Origin: Planktothrix sp. GU0601_MAG3 | Lineage (GTDB): Bacteria > Cyanobacteriota > Cyanobacteriia > Cyanobacteriales > Microcoleaceae | Assembly: GCA_035193785.1 (NCBI GenBank) | Contig: CP136572.1 | Location: 992,001 to 1,056,000, forward strand | DNA length: 64,000 nucleotides | Reading direction: 5' to 3' | In this document: positions 45,756 through 56,292 of the stretch, piece by piece | How the letters are laid out: every line of letters begins with the position of its first letter | Position numbering within the stretch: the first letter of the stretch is position 1 | Translations under genes and position numbers: made by a program | The notes under the pieces: model-generated | The model's input: only the letters and a program-made list of their open reading frames with translations | The model's database searches: none | Told to the model about the DNA's origin: nothing

Positions 45756-47909
45756 ATGGCAAGCCCTACTGTAGATAGAGAAACAAATCAATCTCAATCT
45801 CCTTCATCCTGGCATGATGTCTCCTCAAAGCCATTGCCCTTTTGGGTGCGTCGATGGGGGGCGTTTGTGGCGGAATTATCCCTGGTGGCGGTGAGTGGGT
45901 TAATTCCTTTTACCCTGGGTGCTGTCTCTAACCGCAGTCCCCAGCCTGTACCCCTGAATCCGGTGGTGCGGGTGACATCGGAAACCGTAGCCGCCACTTT
46001 GGGCATTCCTGTGCGCGATCGCAGTCCGAAAGTCGCCCCATTAACGAATCTATTGTGGTCGGGGGCGTTACTTTTGCCTCTGGTGGTGGGAGGATGGCAA
46101 TTTTATCTATTAGCCAAACGGGGCCAAACCCTGCCTAAACTCTGGTTTGGGGTTCAGGTGGTGAGTCCTAATGGTTCTAACCCTGGATGGGGACGGGCTT
46201 TCCGTCGGGAATTTATTGGCCGTTGGGGTATCCCCTTGGGCATTGCCTATGGCCTTTGGCAAGTGACGGGGGCCTATCCTAATCTCCTAATTTTAGGGGT
46301 TTTATCCAGTGCAACTTTACTGGGAGATGCTCTGGTTGCTAAACGTTTTTCGGGTCGGACTGGACATGATTTATTAGCCGGAACTTCGGTACAGGATGTT
46401 CCTAGGATCTTGGTGTTTAACCCCTTTACGAATTACGATTGGGTGAATGAAGATAATGCGGTTCATAGCCTAGTTATCAGTACGGAAACACTAAAACCGG
46501 AGTTTAATTTATGGGCATGGATGCGTCAACATCCGGGTTTAACTTTAGTTATTGTTAGTAGTGCTAGTTTAGCGGCGGTATTAGGAACTTTTGTTGGCAC
46601 GCAAATTTATATTCAAAATCAAGCTAACCGTCGGGAATTTCAACAACAGGATAATCAGGTTTTTCTGGCTCTAGTAAATAAATTATCCCCCAATACTTCG
46701 ACGGATGTAGCTCAAAAACGCGGGGCAATTTTAGCTTTAGGATCAATTAAAGATCCCCGGGCAATTCCCCTATTAGTGGACGTATTAGCTCAGGAAGAAA
46801 ACCCCATCTTAATTGATGTTACTCAACAAGCCTTAGTTAGTACCGGGCCAGAATCTTTACCCCATTTAAGACGATTAAATCAAGCCCTCACAAATGATTT
46901 GGATTCGATGAAATTTGGGGCGGAAAACCAAGAAAAACAGTTGGCGGGGCGAAGACTACAGGCGACTCAAAGGGCGATCGCAAAAATTCTGAAAGTCTAT
47001 GAGGGATTTATCCATAATGCCGATTTAAGTCGGATTGATTTAGGGCAGAACTTAACCCCCCCCGTGCAGTTTACTTTGGTTTTAGAACAAACGGATTTAT
47101 CGGGAATTAGCTTCAGAAACACTAACCTAAATCAAGCTAATTTAAAAAATAGTCGCTTCGCCAGTCCGGGGAATGATGGACGGTTAGAAACCTTTGATGA
47201 TTGGATTTCCGACTTAAGTGGGGCTGATTTAACCGAAGCCAATTTGACCGGAGCTTTCTTCAGTAATACCCTATTAAAATATACTAATTTTTTAAAGGCA
47301 AATCTGAATAAAGCCAATTTATCGAAAGCGGATTTAACCGGAGCAAATTTCAGCAACGCCCAATTATTGGGTTCCAATTTACAACAGGCTAATCTCACCG
47401 ATGCTAAATTCACCGGGGCGGAATTAGCCAGTGCTAATTTGTCTAACGCTAATTTGAGAATGGCTCGTTTTGGTGAAGCTAAAGCCCCAGGTGCAAATTT
47501 CCAAGCGGGAGATTTAAGACAAGCTAATTTTAAAAATGCTGATGTTTCTGCGGTTAATTTCTCCGGCGCAAATTTAGAAGCAGCAGACTTTACTTCCGCT
47601 AAACTTACGGGCTCAAATTTTAAAGATGCCCGATTGCAAAATGGGAATTTTAAGAATGCTAATTTAAGTTTAGTTAATTTTCAAGGAGCAAAACTAGACG
47701 AAACCAATTTTAAAGGGGCAATTTTTGTTACTGCTGAACAGAATAAACCCGATCAGTTTATTGCTAAAACCCAAGAAACTGCTCAATCTAGCCGTTTAAA
47801 AAAGGTGGATTTTAGTAACGCCATTAATTTGGATTCTAACCAAATTAAATATATCTGCTCTCAAGGAGGCATTCACCCCGACTGTCCCCCCGTCGAGGGT
47901 AAGAAATAG
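45756..47909 (+). CDS. RDD + HEAT + pentapeptide-repeat membrane protein
   Basis: RDD motifs (RRWGA..., GQT.PK, HDLLAGT), HEAT-like segment, C-terminal pentapeptide repeats. Confidence 0.85.
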   Translation: MASPTVDRETNQSQSPSSWHDVSSKPLPFWVRRWGAFVAELSLVAVSGLIPFTLGAVSNRSPQPVPLNPVVRVTSETVAATLGIPVRDRSPKVAPLTNLLWSGALLLPLVVGGWQFYLLAKRGQTLPKLWFGVQVVSPNGSNPGWGRAFRREFIGRWGIPLGIAYGLWQVTGAYPNLLILGVLSSATLLGDALVAKRFSGRTGHDLLAGTSVQDVPRILVFNPFTNYDWVNEDNAVHSLVISTETLKPEFNLWAWMRQHPGLTLVIVSSASLAAVLGTFVGTQIYIQNQANRREFQQQDNQVFLALVNKLSPNTSTDVAQKRGAILALGSIKDPRAIPLLVDVLAQEENPILIDVTQQALVSTGPESLPHLRRLNQALTNDLDSMKFGAENQEKQLAGRRLQATQRAIAKILKVYEGFIHNADLSRIDLGQNLTPPVQFTLVLEQTDLSGISFRNTNLNQANLKNSRFASPGNDGRLETFDDWISDLSGADLTEANLTGAFFSNTLLKYTNFLKANLNKANLSKADLTGANFSNAQLLGSNLQQANLTDAKFTGAELASANLSNANLRMARFGEAKAPGANFQAGDLRQANFKNADVSAVNFSGANLEAADFTSAKLTGSNFKDARLQNGNFKNANLSLVNFQGAKLDETNFKGAIFVTAEQNKPDQFIAKTQETAQSSRLKKVDFSNAINLDSNQIKYICSQGGIHPDCPPVEGKK

Positions 47910-48070
47910 GGGAGGTAGGGGGAGTAGGATGAGCAGGGGAGGCAGGGGGAGCAGGGGAAGCAGGGGGAGTAGGGGAAGCGGGGGGAGAGGAGAGTCAACA
48001 GTTAATTGTGGGGGCGGGGTTTCCCCCCCTGTAACCGTCAACAGTCAACGGTCAACAGTCAACAGTCAAA
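47908..48070. repeat. G-rich STRR array followed by GTCAACA heptamers
   Basis: Directly visible after the stop codon at 47909. Confidence 0.85.
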
Positions 48071-48130
48071 CCATTCGGTGGTAAGCTAAGAATTGGCCTA
48101 AAAACTTTTTTAAACTTTAGTAACGTTAAA

Positions 48131-49196
48131 ATGACCGAATCGACCGAAATTCCCTATTTGTTACGCGCTACTCGTGGTGAAAAACTAGATCGTCCCCCCG
48201 TCTGGATGATGCGCCAGGCGGGTCGCTATATGAAAGCCTATCGTGATCTACGAGAAAAATATCCCTCCTTCCGCGACCGATCTGAAAAAACGGATATCGC
48301 CGTTGAGATTTCTCTCCAACCCTTCCGGGCTTTTCAACCCGATGGGGTGATTTTGTTTTCCGATATTTTAACCCCATTGCCTGGAATTGGGATTGATTTT
48401 GATATTATTGAAAGCAAAGGGCCGATTATTAATCCTCCGATTCGCAGTTTAGAACAAATTGAAAAACTGCATCCGATTGAAACCGGAAGAAAAACTTCCT
48501 TTTATTCGAGAAATTCTGCAAACTTTGCGTCGGGAAGTGGGAAATAAAGCCGCGGTATTAGGGTTTGTGGGTGCCCCTTGGACTTTAGCCGCCTATGCAA
48601 TTGAAGGTAAGAGTTCTAAGGATTATGCAATTATTAAAAAAATGGCATTTTCTGAGCCTTTAATTCTGCATAAATTCTTAGAAAAAATTGCTGATGCGAT
48701 CGCCGTTTATGTCCGGTATCAAATTGATTCTGGCGCCCAGGTGATTCAAATGTTTGATTCTTGGGCGGGTCAATTAAGCCCCCAAGATTATGAGGTTTTT
48801 GCCCTTCCCTATCAAAAACGAGTTGTTGATCAAGTTAAACAAACCCATCCTGATACTCCGTTAATTCTTTATATTAATGGTAGTTCGGGATTATTGGAAC
48901 GGATGGCTAAAACTGGGTTTGATTTTGTTAGTGTGGACTGGATGGTTGATATGGCTGATGCCCGTCAACGTATGGGTCAAAATATTGGGGTTCAAGGTAA
49001 TCTTGATCCCTGTCTTTTATTCGGGTCTAAAGAAAATATCCGGGATCGAATTTTAGACACTATTAGAAAAGCGGGAAATCAAGGTCATATCCTCAATTTA
49101 GGGCATGGTGTTCTCCAAAATACCCCAGAAGAAAACGTTGCCTATTTCTTTGAAACTGCCAAACAAGCGGATCAATTATTAAAGGTTAACGTTTAA
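48131..49196 (+). CDS. hemE: Uroporphyrinogen decarboxylase (one frameshift)
   Basis: [34 protein letters not shown] and NLGHG. Confidence 0.96.
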
Positions 49197-49356
49197 TTCC
49201 GTTGTTGCGCCGTTGTTGCGCTTGCTGCGCATCTAGGGTTGGGTTTCCCCACCCCTAGAAATCCAATACTGGAAGTTTTTGGTATTATTGATTTTCTCAA
49301 AAAAACACAAAGACACGAAGATAAAAAAAAGGAGGTATTCAAGATTTATCGCGGTT

Positions 49357-49645
49357 GTAGGGGCGGGTTCGAGTCAATTTCAAATACCCACTAACAGGTT
49401 ATCCAAACCCGCCCAATATCAGGGTTAGAGTCAATTTTAAATACCCACTAATAGGTTATCCAAACCCGCCCAATATCAGGGTTCGAGTCAATTTTAAATA
49501 CCCACTAACAGGTTATCCAAACCCGCCCAATATCAGGGTTAGAGTCAATTTCAAATACCCACTAACAGGTTATCCAAACCCGCCCAATATCAGGGTTAGA
49601 GTCAATTTCAAATACCCACTAACAGGTTATCCAAAGCCGCCCCAT
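49357..49645. repeat. Five tandem 57-bp units inside a GTAGGGGCGGGTT...AACCCGCCC REP-like frame
   Basis: GAGTCA anchor at 49371, 49428, 49485, 49542 and 49599. Confidence 0.92.
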
Positions 49646-49672
49646 ACCGGGGTAGGAGTAATTATTAATAAT

Positions 49673-50609
49673 ATGAAAAAACGAATTTTTGTCACTGGTG
49701 CTAGTGGTTGTATTGGTCATTATGTTGTTGAGAAACTAATTCAAAATAAGACTGATGAATTGTTTCTATTAGTTAGAAATCCTGATAAATTAGGATTTGA
49801 TTATAATAGGTTTCCCAATATCAATATTCTTTTGGGGGATTTAAGAGAAATTTCTCAGTTTAAAAGTCTATTGTCAACGGTTAATACAGTTATTTTAATT
49901 GCCACAGCTTGGGGAGGATATCGAGAGGTTTTAGATATTAATGTTAGGGCAAATTTAGAATTGGTTAAGTCATTAAATCCCCAATTATGTGAACAAATTT
50001 TATATTTTTCAACTGCTAGTATTTTAGATAGAAATAATAATTTATTACCCGAAGCGGGAGAAATTGGCACGGATTATATTAGAAACCAAATATGAATGTT
50101 TACAGGATTTATTAGAATTAGCTCCTGATTTACCGCCTTTAAGGATATTATTTCCGACTTTAGTTTTAGGTGGAGAACAAAATAAACCCTATTCCCATTT
50201 ATCGGGGGGGATTTCTGATGTGGTTAAATGGATGAATTTAATTCGTTGGTTTCAAGCGGATGCAAGTTTCCATTTTATCCATGCTGCCGATATTGCTCAG
50301 GTAGTATATTATTTAGTTAATCATCCTCCAAATTCCCAAGAAACCGAACAATTTGTTTTAGGAAATCCGGCAATTACCTTAAATCAAGCAATAGAAATGG
50401 CTTGTGAATATTATCATAAACGGATTTATTTTCGCTTTGATTTATCTGCGGGTTTGGCTAACTTTTTTATCTGGTTATTTAGAATCAAAATGGCAGATTG
50501 GGATCGTTTTTGCTTAGATTATCGCCATTTTAATTATCAAAATCCCATCCATCCTGGGGTTTATAATTTACCAGCCCATTGTGCAACTTTTACGGATGTT
50601 TTAAAATAA
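49673..50609 (+). CDS. NAD-dependent epimerase/dehydratase (one frameshift)
   Basis: FVTGASGCIG Rossmann motif, YFSTAS, DYI.(T)K and FHFIHAADIA; follows hemE. Confidence 0.88.
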
Positions 50610-50762
50610 AGATGACTAAGATTATTTAACGAGTTTTAACGTAGAGACGTGCGGTGAGCGCAGCGATGCCGTAGGCTATTGGCGCGTCTCTCTTGAGTTA
50701 ACTTATAATAGGGATAGGATGCGCTGAAGCGCAACAACGGGTTTATAAGAGGAGAACTAACT

Positions 50763-51402
50763 ATGTTAGCAAGTCAACTGGAAACTTTACTTAATCCTGA
50801 TGAAAACCTGCAAGGTTCAGAAGTTCGTTATATTACGGATAAGGTGAGTTGGGAATATTATGAAACCCTATTAACTCAATTAGGGGATAGTTTGGAGTTT
50901 CGATTAACCTATTTGGATGGAATTTTAGAAGTTATGTCACCAAGTCGCAACCATGAAAGAATTAAAACTCAGATTGGAACCCTTTTAGAAATCTATTTTT
51001 TAGAAACGGATACGGAATATTATCCCACAGGTTCGATGACATTGCGAAACCCAGAACAACGGGGGGGCACGGAAACCCGATGAAAGTTATTGTATTGGAA
51101 GTGATAAGGAAATTCCTGATTTAGCCATAGAAGTTGTAATTACCAGTGGGGGAATTAATCGTTTAGAAGTCTATCAAAGATTGGGAGTGGGTGAGGTTTG
51201 GTTTTGGCAAAATAATCGGTTTTTTATCTATCATTTTCGGGCTGAAAATCTCGAACAATTTCAGCAAACATCTGGCTATGAATTAATCAATAATAGTGAA
51301 ATTCTCCCCAATATAAATTTGACAATATTGGCAGAATATGTACAACATCCGAATCCTTTAATCGCTGCCAAATCATTCCGTCAAACCCTAAAAAACTTGT
51401 AG
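50763..51402 (+). CDS. Uma2-family endonuclease (one frameshift)
   Basis: RLTYLDG.LEVMSP, (E)PDESYC, PDLAIEVVITSGG and LGVGEVWFW. Confidence 0.88.
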
Positions 51403-51465
51403 AGACGTGCCATGGCGCGTCTCTTGCCATGCAACGTCTCTACGGGGATTTGATACAATTTACGG

Positions 51466-51762
51466 TTAGCTCAATTCCATGTTCAATAAAGTTTTGCCAT
51501 GAATGACAGAGGCAATGGTGACAATGTTTTCTTGGACTTGATAAATGACGCGATAGGTGTAAGCAAATTGTTCCCGGATGTTTTCGTCGCCAAATTCTTG
51601 AACAATCATTCCCGCTTCAGGAGATGTACTCAAGTTGCGCGTAACCTCAATGATTCTCTGGACAACCGCCGCCGCATAAGAAATTGAATCTCGTGCAATG
51701 TAAGCGGCAATTGCATCAATATCATCTATGGCTTGAGGCGACCAAACTATTTGATAACCCAT
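51466..51762 (-). CDS. RelE/ParE-family type II toxin
   Basis: IVWSPQA..DI..IA.YIARDS...YRVIY...SVIHG. Confidence 0.88.
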   Translation of the reverse strand: MGYQIVWSPQAIDDIDAIAAYIARDSISYAAAVVQRIIEVTRNLSTSPEAGMIVQEFGDENIREQFAYTYRVIYQVQENIVTIASVIHGKTLLNMELS

Positions 51763-51935
51763 TTACTTAATAAACCTTCTGCTTCCTCTTGTATGAGATT
51801 CCTGGTCGTTTCGTGAATCTTGAGTCCATGACGGACTTTCTCGATTACATAGAGATGGTATTGCACATCTTCCAGTGAACAATCATCAGGTAGGTTACTC
51901 AACAAAGATTCTACTTCCTTTTTGGTTGAACTCAT
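51747..51935 (-). CDS. Cognate antitoxin
   Basis: 62 aa, LPDDCSLEDVQYHLYV..K...GL; overlaps the toxin start. Confidence 0.8.
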   Translation of the reverse strand: MSSTKKEVESLLSNLPDDCSLEDVQYHLYVIEKVRHGLKIHETTRNLIQEEAEGLLSKWVIK

Positions 51936-52171
51936 AATCTTTTTGGTTTTTTTTTATAGTTATTATAGTTTTCAATAACCGAAGCACCCGAAACGCACTG
52001 TTGAAACCCGACTGTATCGGGGAATCAGGTCGTCAAAATAAAAGACAAATTCTACTTCCCGATGGAAAATGTCCCAGGGGAATCGAATGCTTCAGTCATT
52101 GCTTAAAATCCAGCCTATAGTTATCACAGATTGATAATATCAGATGGCTCTGTCTGGGCGTAAGCCTGCAT

Positions 52172-54016
52172 TTATACCGTCTTGGTAAAATTACCGTAAC
52201 TAGAAATAGCCTGTTGCATTTGTTTGATAACGTCATCAACAGGAATAGCCCCTAACTCTCCATCAGCACGAGTTCTGATATTCAAGCAATTGGACTCTAT
52301 TTCCTTAGCCCCAACCACCGCCATCACCGGAATTTTATCTTTCTCTGCATTTCTAATTAATTTCCCTAAACGTTCGCTACTGGCATCGGCTTGGGCGCGA
52401 ATTCCAACAGACTGCATTCTTAGGGCAATATCTTGAGCAAAGGGAAGAAATTCTTGGCTGACGGGTAATAGTCGGAATTGTACGGGTGCTAACCAGATGG
52501 GGAAATCGCCAACATATTCCTCTATTAATATTCCCACTAATCGTTCCAAGGAGCCAAAGGGTGCACGATGAATCATCACCGGACGCTGACGAGTTCCATC
52601 CTCGGCGACGTACTCTAAATCGAAGCGTTCGGGTAAATTATAATCCACCTGAACTGTCCCCAATTGCCATTCCCGGTCTAAGGCATCTTGGAAGATAAAG
52701 TCTAATTTAGGGCCATAGAAAGCAGCTTCCCCAATTCCCTCAAAGTAGTTCATTCCCAGGGTTTCTACCGCCCGACGAATCGCTCCTTCTGACTTATTCC
52801 AAACTTCATCCGACCCAATATATTTATCTAAACTCGGGTCACGGAAACTCAGTCTGGCTTTATAGTTAGTTAGTTGTAAACTCTTAAAGACAAACAGAAT
52901 TAAATCCACAACTTTGATAAATTCATCCTCCAATTGTTCAGGAGTGACAAATAAATGGGAGTCATCAACGGTAAACCCGCGAACCCGGGTTAAACCTCCT
53001 AATTCTCCCGATTGTTCATAACGATAAACTGTCCCAAATTCTGCTAAACGCATGGGAAGTTCTCGATAGGAACGTAATTCACTTTTATATATTTGGATAT
53101 GAAAAGGACAGTTCATCGGTTTCAGGACAAACCCCTGTTCCTTGGTTTTGGCTTCCTCATCGTCCGCCATCATTGGAAACATATCCTCTTGATATTTTTG
53201 CCAATGTCCCGAAGTTTTAAATAAATCTACCCGGCCAATATGGGGAGTCGTTACGCCTAAATAGCCCCGCTTCACCTGTTCTTGTTTCAGGAAGTCCTCT
53301 AAGGTACTTCTTAATAGGGTTCCTTTCGGTGTCCATAAAGGTAATCCTGGCCCGACTAAATCGGAGAAGATAAATAGTCCTAACTCCTTACCCAAACGGC
53401 GATGGTCACGTCTGATGGCTTCTTGCTTGCGGCGTTTATGTTCGGCCAATTGTTCGGGGGTTTCCCAAGCGGTTCCATAAATCCGTTGCAGTTGGGCCTT
53501 GGTTTCATCCCCTCGCCAGTAAGCTCCAGCTACACTTTCGAGTTCAATGGCGTTAGGGTCAATCTCCGAGGTATTCTCAACATGGGGCCCCGCACATAAA
53601 TCCCACCATTGGTCGCCTAAATGATAGAGGGTAATGGGTTCCTGTAGGCCTTGCAGGATTTCTAGTTTATAGGGCTCTCCCAGTTTCTGAATCCGTTCTT
53701 GGGCTTCTTCCCGACTAACTTCTTCCCTCAGCATGGGAAGTTTGCGTTTAATAATCTTAACCATTTCCTTTTGAATGGATTTTAAATCCTTTTCGGTAAA
53801 GGGTTCAGGACTATCAAAATCATAATAAAACCCATTTTCAATCCAAGGGCCAATTGTTACTTGTGCCTTGGGAAATAGTTTTTGCACAGCCATCGCCATA
53901 ACGTGGGATACAGTATGTCGAATCCGTTTTAAACTCTCGGATTCACTGGTTTTAGGCAAATGGACTTTTTTCTTTTCTAAGGGTTCTTGAGAACTCTCTA
54001 GCTCTGATATAGACAT
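52172..54016 (-). CDS. thrS: Threonine--tRNA ligase
   Basis: DLCAGPHV, RDHRRLG, KPMNCPFH, LTRVRGF, AFYGPKLD and MIHRA.FGS.ER. Confidence 0.97.
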   Translation of the reverse strand: MSISELESSQEPLEKKKVHLPKTSESESLKRIRHTVSHVMAMAVQKLFPKAQVTIGPWIENGFYYDFDSPEPFTEKDLKSIQKEMVKIIKRKLPMLREEVSREEAQERIQKLGEPYKLEILQGLQEPITLYHLGDQWWDLCAGPHVENTSEIDPNAIELESVAGAYWRGDETKAQLQRIYGTAWETPEQLAEHKRRKQEAIRRDHRRLGKELGLFIFSDLVGPGLPLWTPKGTLLRSTLEDFLKQEQVKRGYLGVTTPHIGRVDLFKTSGHWQKYQEDMFPMMADDEEAKTKEQGFVLKPMNCPFHIQIYKSELRSYRELPMRLAEFGTVYRYEQSGELGGLTRVRGFTVDDSHLFVTPEQLEDEFIKVVDLILFVFKSLQLTNYKARLSFRDPSLDKYIGSDEVWNKSEGAIRRAVETLGMNYFEGIGEAAFYGPKLDFIFQDALDREWQLGTVQVDYNLPERFDLEYVAEDGTRQRPVMIHRAPFGSLERLVGILIEEYVGDFPIWLAPVQFRLLPVSQEFLPFAQDIALRMQSVGIRAQADASSERLGKLIRNAEKDKIPVMAVVGAKEIESNCLNIRTRADGELGAIPVDDVIKQMQQAISSYGNFTKTV

Positions 54017-54134
54017 TGATTAAAGTTACAACAGTAAAATAAAAGTTTGTTAATTCAATTGTACAGAACAGAGGAAACAAACAGGAACAACAGACCTCTA
54101 GGCCGTTAAGTATGGGTTCACCGTATCAATTATT

Positions 54135-54258
54135 CCCTCACCTCCCCTGCTCCCCTACCTCCCCTGCTTCCCCTGCTTCCCCTGCTCCCCTGCTCCCCTG
54201 CTCCCCCTGCTCCCCTACCTCCCCTGCTCCCCCTGCTCCCCTGCTCCCCCACTCCCCT
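54135..54258. repeat. CCCCTGCT STRR array
   Basis: Tandem 8-9-mers abutting the BON gene stop codon. Confidence 0.92.
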
Positions 54259-54601
54259 ACTCAATCATCACTTGGGAACTATCAACCGTCAAAGTTCCGG
54301 CTTGAAATTCGGCAATATTGATGGCTTTTTCCAGAAAACCTTGACTGGGGACTTTTCCCTTGAGAACAACAGTTGCACCTTTTTGGGACACCCACAGGGA
54401 ACTAATATCTTTGAGTTCGGGGTCTTCATCAAATGCTAAAGTCACCCGTTTGGCTAACCCGCTTTCATCATATTCTCCCGCAATTCCAATTCTTTCCGGG
54501 GGAAGGGAAGCACTAGCCGCCGCCTGTTGTACAACATCATTGGAAGGTTTAACCGGAGTGTCGCCTGTGATTTCGCCAAAAATACGTTCAAACCATGTCA
54601 T
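54257..54601 (-). CDS. BON-domain protein
   Basis: PPERIG..GEYDESGLAKRV..AF...VVLKGKV. Confidence 0.82.
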   Translation of the reverse strand: MTWFERIFGEITGDTPVKPSNDVVQQAAASASLPPERIGIAGEYDESGLAKRVTLAFDEDPELKDISSLWVSQKGATVVLKGKVPSQGFLEKAINIAEFQAGTLTVDSSQVMIE

Positions 54602-54642
54602 AAAATTACATATCCTAAGTTGATTAATAATAATATTTTAGT

Positions 54643-56095
54643 TTAATGGAGATTTGTTTGAGAAGCAAGCCATTTCTGCAATTCTTGTTTTAACCCTTTT
54701 AATTCTTCTTCGGGTAATTGATGCCCAAAACGATAGGTTTTGCGACGGGATAAAAAGAAAATATTGGGTTCTTGGGTAACAATTTCTAAGCTCGGATAAA
54801 AATTACCTTGATTATCGGTAGTTCTAATTAAGTTAATTTGTTGAATTTGGGAGATTTCTCCTTGTTTGCGAAAGGGAAAATAAGATAATCCCAAAATTTC
54901 AAAGGTTTTATTATTAAAATTTAGTTGAACTTTTTCAAAGGGTTTATAATCAATAATTGCTTTATATATTAATAATATTATACTAACAGGAATCCCCAAT
55001 AAAGTCAAATAAAATATAATAATCAACCCCAAATCAAGCTGTTGAAAAATGGCAGGATTTAAAATAGTATAAGTTTTGTAGGTAATGAAAGAAGCGATCG
55101 CACCTAATCCCAATCCTTTAATTATAATCGATCCCGGAATAATTTCCCACCCCTTTTTAACTAAACCAATTTGATTTAATAAAATTTTCTGGACTGGAGA
55201 AATATATTGTAGGGAAAACTGAGAGGGAATATCAACTTTTAAAGAATTAGAAGATTGGGATAATTTTAAATGAGGTTCCGAGGTCGTTTTCAAAGGCTGT
55301 TTAGGTTGATAATTTAACGCATATAAAGCCATTTTCGCAGTAGCAAAACGAGATTCTACTGCGGGTTCTATTAAGGTTTCTAACCAATTTTTAAACTCTG
55401 GATTAAGGGTGTCGCCATTAAACTTCATTTTAAACTTTTCTTGGGGTAATTCCGCCGGAGGAACACCCGTTAACAGATGAATTAATGTGGCGCCTAAACT
55501 ATATAAATCGGAAGCAGGAACCGCTAAACCACCAAATTGTTCAATCGGAGTATAACCAAAAGTTCCGACAACGGTAAAACTTGACCCGGGGGTTCTCGGT
55601 TGAATTTGTACCGAACCTAAATCAATTAAATAAATATGATGATCTTCTCCCCAAATTAAATTACTAGGTTTAATATCCCGATGTAAAATAGGTGGATGGA
55701 GTTGATGTAAATAATTGAGATTTTCTAAAACTTCAAAGGTGATCCAGTATAATTGTTGTTGGGTAAACAAATGATGATTGTCTAATTTTTGTTTGAGGGA
55801 ATCACCCGGAATATATTCGGTGACTAAAGCAAACCAAATATTTTGATCATCCAGGGAAAAATAATCTCGATATTTGACTAAACGGGGATGATTGAGTTGC
55901 TTTAAAACCTGCGCTTCCCGTTCTAATAATTTTAGATCTTCCCATTGCATAGAAACCTCCTAATGCTAATAATTTGACAACCGCTTTATCTTTAAGCATT
56001 AGGTCATCCGCTAACCAAGTTTGGCGAATGGGATTTTCATTCAGTTGGCGTTTCAGTCGAAACCTATGGTTAAGCAAAGTTCCCGCAGTCAGCAT
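54643..56095 (-). CDS. Ser/Thr protein kinase with C-terminal TM segments (one frameshift)
   Basis: VVKLL, EREAQVL, HRDIKPSN, DLG and GTFGYTPIEQ. Confidence 0.9.
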
Positions 56096-56157
56096 TATCC
56101 CCAAAATCTAAAATAAAGGTTGATATTATTATATTGTAGCTAAAAATTGTTCTGTGT

Positions 56158-56249
56158 CAGGACTTACGCAAAACAATCATATCTAGTAGGGGCGAACGGC
56201 CGTTCGCCCCTACAGATGGTGTATAATTGGGTATCCTGCGTAAGTTATG
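56158..56249. mobile_element. MITE; inverted near-identical copy of 22041-22132
   Basis: TGTGT|CAGGACTTACGCA...GTAGGGGCGAACGGCCGTTCGCCCCTAC...TGCGTAAGTTATG|TGTGT. Confidence 0.82.
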
Positions 56250-56292
56250 TGTGTTTTTGAGGTTGGCGATCGCATTCTATAATTAAAGGAAT

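Noticed and set aside
49357..49645. CRISPR array
   Set aside because: The whole 57-bp unit is repeated; there are no variable spacers.
51970..52095. Short minus-strand open frame (IRFPWDIFHREVEF...)
   Set aside because: No clear start or recognisable motif; possibly a gene fragment, but unsupported.
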